Positions 61,063 to 64,000 of a DNA stretch of 64,000 nt are shown here, piece after piece. Location: assembly GCA_963751755.1 (NCBI GenBank), contig CAVVVH010000004.1, positions 261,822 to 325,821 on the forward strand, in the 5' to 3' direction. The translations under genes were made by a program, and so were the position numbers. Source of the stretch: Candidatus Dormiibacterota bacterium (lineage in GTDB: Bacteria; Chloroflexota; Dormibacteria; Aeolococcales; Aeolococcaceae). The first letter of the stretch is position 1. Each line of letters starts with the position of its first letter. The notes beneath the pieces are model-generated. The model saw only the letters and a program-made list of their open reading frames with translations. It made no database searches and was not told where the DNA came from.

Positions 61063-61332
61063 CTACAGTCCCAGCCGCAGCCGGCGAATGTAGCGGAGGC
61101 TGACGACAAGCAGGTCCAGCGCGAAGAGCGCGACGGCGGTGATCGCCGTCCAGAACACCAGGGGCGCCTCCGCCCCGGGCGTCTTCCAGTCGTACACCGC
61201 CAGGATGCCGGCGAGGAGCAGGCCGATCCCGACGACGCTCATGGCGCCGACGTTCAGCGCCACCAGCGGGTCGGGCGTCGGTCGCACAACCGAGGCGGGC
61301 TCGCGGGACCGGAGCATCGGCGGGGTGGGCAT
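61063..61332 (-). CDS. small two-TM membrane protein
   Basis: Track ORF 61063..61647 trimmed to ATG 61332, 10 nt after the regulator stop. Two hydrophobic segments and a basic C-terminus. Confidence 0.45.
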   Translation of the reverse strand: MPTPPMLRSREPASVVRPTPDPLVALNVGAMSVVGIGLLLAGILAVYDWKTPGAEAPLVFWTAITAVALFALDLLVVSLRYIRRLRLGL

Positions 61333-61342
61333 CGCGGTCAGT

Positions 61343-62047
61343 CTACTGGCCGTTCTCCGGGCGCGTATTGGTGAAGCGGTATCCGATGCCGGGCACCGCG
61401 AGGATGTAGCGGGGCTGGCTCGGGTCGGGCTCGATCTTGCGGCGCAGGTTGCGCACATGGACGTCGATGACGCGCGTCTCGATGGGGTGCTCGTAGCCCC
61501 ATACCGAGGCGAGGATGCGCTCGCGAGAGAGCACGTCGCCGGCATTGGCGGCGAGGAAGGCGACCAGGTCGAACTCGGTGTGGGTGAGGGTGATGTCCTC
61601 GCCGTCCCGCACCACGCGGCGCTCGCCCGTGTCGACGACCAGGCCACGGAATGTGTACCGCCGGCCCTCGCCGTTGCGTGCGGCGGGCTCGTTCAACTTG
61701 CGCAGGTGCACCGCCATCCGCGCGAGCAGCTCGCGTGGCCGGAAGGGCTTCTGGATGTAGTCGTCCGCGCCGATCTCGAGGCCGAGCACGACGTCGATCT
61801 CGTCGTTCTTCGCGGAGAGGATCACCACCGGTACGCGGTACCCGGCGCGGCGGATGTCGCGGCAGATGTCGAAGCCGCTCATGTCTGGCATCATCAGGTC
61901 GAGGAGCACCATGTCCGGCCGCACGGACTCCACCGCCGCCAGGGCGTCGACGCCGCGCTCGACCTCGGTGACCTGGTAGCCCTCGGATTCACAGGTGAGC
62001 CGGACGGACTTCCGCACCAGGGCGTCGTCGTCCACGACGAGGACCAT
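61343..62047 (-). CDS. OmpR/PhoB-family response regulator (no adjacent kinase)
   Basis: Track ORF 61343..62461 trimmed to ATG 62047. Receiver domain VLVVDDD...LLDLMMPDMSG...ILSAK, and winged-helix LTHTEFDLVAFL...VWG...RVIDVHVRNLRRK...GIGYRF. Confidence 0.9.
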   Translation of the reverse strand: MVLVVDDDALVRKSVRLTCESEGYQVTEVERGVDALAAVESVRPDMVLLDLMMPDMSGFDICRDIRRAGYRVPVVILSAKNDEIDVVLGLEIGADDYIQKPFRPRELLARMAVHLRKLNEPAARNGEGRRYTFRGLVVDTGERRVVRDGEDITLTHTEFDLVAFLAANAGDVLSRERILASVWGYEHPIETRVIDVHVRNLRRKIEPDPSQPRYILAVPGIGYRFTNTRPENGQ

Positions 62048-62245
62048 GGCCTGCCGACCTTCCACCACCACACGTTCCTTCACAAGTCTTGATCGACCTT
62101 TGATTCTATGCGCGGCGGATGCGCTTTGAGCGGAGCGGCAAACTCGCCGGACGAGTGGGGCGGTTGGTACTATACGGAGCCGATTTCGGGGGGCCCCCCC
62201 TGACCTCTGGAGATCCGCAACCGCCCAGCAACAGGAGCCACCCAC

Positions 62246-63577
62246 GTGCAGACCCAGGGTTCGCTGCAGGAGACCGACCTCGCGTCGCTCCTGCAGACCA
62301 TGCAGTCCGAGCGAGCCACGGGGACGCTCACGCTCGAGGATGGCTCGGACAGCTGTTCCATGTTCTTCCTCTTCGGTCACCTGTTCCACGCGGTGAGCGC
62401 GGCCGGGGACGGCGAGGACGTGGTGATCCGCGCGCTGGGGTGGCATGAGGGCAACTTCCACTTCGACCCGCGCGCCAAGCTGCCCGCCGAGGAGACCATC
62501 AAGTCGTCACCGGCGGAGCTGATCGCCGCCGCGGAAGGTTCCGCGGAGCCGGCTGCGGTGGGCGCCGGGGCGGCGTCGGCCGAGGTGCCTCCCCTGCGTG
62601 CCATCGAGGGCCAGAGCGGCGGCACCACCACTGCTGCGGCAGAGCCCTCGATCTGGACCCCCGCTGCGTCGCTTCCCGAGCCCGGCGGCGACGCCCCCTC
62701 ACCATGGACGGTGCCCACCGCTGACACCAGCGAGCCCAGCGGCGCCGACGCTTGGACACCAGGCAGCCGCACAGTCGAGACCGCGCCCGCGTACACGCCG
62801 GCCGAGTACTCGCCGACATACGTCCCGGCGGAGCCGGCCCCCGTGACACCCGTGGCGACGCCGGGCAGCCGCACCAGCGCCGCCGGAGAGTCCGCCTCGA
62901 AGGGCTCGTCGGCCGCGGGTTCGGCCCCAGCCGGGCGGCCGCTGGACACGCAACCTGTCGGATCGCTGCCGATCCCGTCGGGACACGTGCAGTACGAGGG
63001 CCTCAAGAGCGCGTTCGTCGACTTCCCGCGGCTGCTTCGCACCCTTCGCACCGACCACCACACGGGCTTCATCCGCCTCTTCAGCGGCGCCGCCACCGGC
63101 GTGCTGCTCTTCCGCGACGGCGAGCTGGTCGAGGCGGAGGCGGGCGACGATGGCGCCGCCCACGGCGAGGAGGCCTTCACCATCTTCCGGCGCGGCATGG
63201 ACACGGGAGACGGGCTGATCGACGTCGTGGAGCTCGACAGCGACACCGTCACGTCGGTGGCGCGGCTGCTCACCGGGCCGCCGCTGTTCACGGGCCTCCT
63301 GGCACGGTTCGTCAACTTCCCAGCGCTGCTCGAGTACCTCGCCGAGGAGCGCCTCGACGGCTCGGTGATCGTGGTTGGGGGCACCGAGACAGGCGTGATC
63401 CTGCTCAAGCAGGGCAGCGTGCTCGCCGCCTTCACGGCCGGCTCGCGCACGCCGCAGACGAGCACCGACTCCGTCGCGGCCCTCGCGTCGGAGCGACCGG
63501 CGCGCATCGAGGTGCGCGGTGATGACAGCAGCCGCGCCGGCATCGACGCAGAGGCGGTCCTGTCCCGGCCGTCGTAG
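62246..63577 (+). CDS. DUF4388 (PATAN-like) domain protein with three DUF4388-like modules and a low-complexity linker
   Basis: 443-aa intact ORF with a GTG start. The N-terminal GSLQETDLASLLQTMQSERATGTLTL...FFLFGHLFHA is the DUF4388 pattern. Two further similar modules (FPRLLRTL...TGFIRL...LLFRDGELVEA and FPALLEYL...DGSVIV...ILLKQGSVLAA) follow. Confidence 0.7.
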   Translation: MQTQGSLQETDLASLLQTMQSERATGTLTLEDGSDSCSMFFLFGHLFHAVSAAGDGEDVVIRALGWHEGNFHFDPRAKLPAEETIKSSPAELIAAAEGSAEPAAVGAGAASAEVPPLRAIEGQSGGTTTAAAEPSIWTPAASLPEPGGDAPSPWTVPTADTSEPSGADAWTPGSRTVETAPAYTPAEYSPTYVPAEPAPVTPVATPGSRTSAAGESASKGSSAAGSAPAGRPLDTQPVGSLPIPSGHVQYEGLKSAFVDFPRLLRTLRTDHHTGFIRLFSGAATGVLLFRDGELVEAEAGDDGAAHGEEAFTIFRRGMDTGDGLIDVVELDSDTVTSVARLLTGPPLFTGLLARFVNFPALLEYLAEERLDGSVIVVGGTETGVILLKQGSVLAAFTAGSRTPQTSTDSVAALASERPARIEVRGDDSSRAGIDAEAVLSRPS

Positions 63578-64000
63578 CACCCTGGTAGCGCCGGCGCCCG
63601 CCGCCATCCGCCACCGGCTGCGCGGCGTCGCACGACTGCTGCTGGCGAGCCTGGGTGGCGGCGGCCTCGCGCTCGCCTTGGCGGGCTGCTTCAGCGCCCC
63701 GCCGCAGATCATCTCGCTGGAACCGAACCGCGGCTCCACGTCGGTTCCGGCGGACGCGCCTGTGAAGGTGGTGTTCGACCGCGCGGTGACGCACAGCAGC
63801 GTCGTCGGCCGCTTCACGGTCACCGCCACGGCAGGCGCGCAGCTGGTCAACCCGCCGATCCCGGGCTGCGACTTCGGCTCGGTGTTCAGCGCCGGCTCGA
63901 CGGCGCCGTGCTGGATCCACTGGCTCGACCCGCAGCCGGGCTTCGAGCTGATGCACCAGGGGGCGGTGTTCCGGCCGGCCACGCGGTACACCTTCACGCT
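63522..64000 (+). CDS. putative lipoprotein with an Ig-like (SbsA/Big_5-type) domain, truncated by the window end
   Basis: Not in the ORF track because no stop is reached. Frame 3 is open from ATG 63522 to the window edge. Lipobox LALALAGC, then IISLEPNRGSTSVPADAPVKVVFDRAV, which is typical of bacterial Ig-like domains. Confidence 0.5.
   Translation, partial: MTAAAPASTQRRSCPGRRSTLVAPAPAAIRHRLRGVARLLLASLGGGGLALALAGCFSAPPQIISLEPNRGSTSVPADAPVKVVFDRAVTHSSVVGRFTVTATAGAQLVNPPIPGCDFGSVFSAGSTAPCWIHWLDPQPGFELMHQGAVFRPATRYTFT

Overview
High-GC bacterial chromosomal segment (well above 65 % GC by eye) with about 60 tightly packed protein genes and many ATGA/GTGA stop-start overlaps. The gene content (InhA-type FabI, lipobox lipoproteins, NarL- and OmpR-type regulators, GTG starts) fits an actinobacterium-like organism, but I cannot assign taxonomy from sequence alone. 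Most of the content is housekeeping or metabolic. It includes SDRs, a penicillin-acylase-family Ntn hydrolase, a GH15 enzyme, an enolase-superfamily enzyme, a GMC-oxidoreductase cluster with a TPP enzyme, and a NarL-type two-component pair. There is an envelope-glycan cluster (epimerase, GT2, nucleotide-sugar dehydrogenase, UbiA prenyltransferase), suhB-like/fabI/fabF, ArsR-SRPBCC-GNAT and a GGDEF-EAL protein. Further genes are an SF1 (Upf1/DNA2-like) helicase coupled to a Cys-less glutaredoxin-fold/PDZ protein, the FAD-oxidoreductase/DUF1365/cfa cluster, a CitE-like lyase, rsgA, two orphan beta-class DNA methyltransferases, an acyl-CoA dehydrogenase, MaoC/folP/folK, an orphan OmpR regulator and a triple-DUF4388 protein. 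I recognised no rRNA, tRNA, CRISPR array, transposase, integrase or prophage gene. Two observations stand out. (i) Five copies of two related families of roughly 145-170-nt palindromic intergenic elements have conserved cores and co-varying arms, and each starts within a few tens of nt of a stop codon. I do not recognise them as any named element or RNA. (ii) About thirty genes, including essential ones (fabF, fabI, folP, folK, rsgA), are interrupted by frame switches. These cluster in blocks and, where I could resolve them, sit in short G/C runs, so consensus indel errors are the simplest explanation. Broken genes are therefore reported as single CDSs with the frame switches noted. Many long ORFs in the track that lie antisense to, or out of frame with, real genes are GC-driven artefacts.
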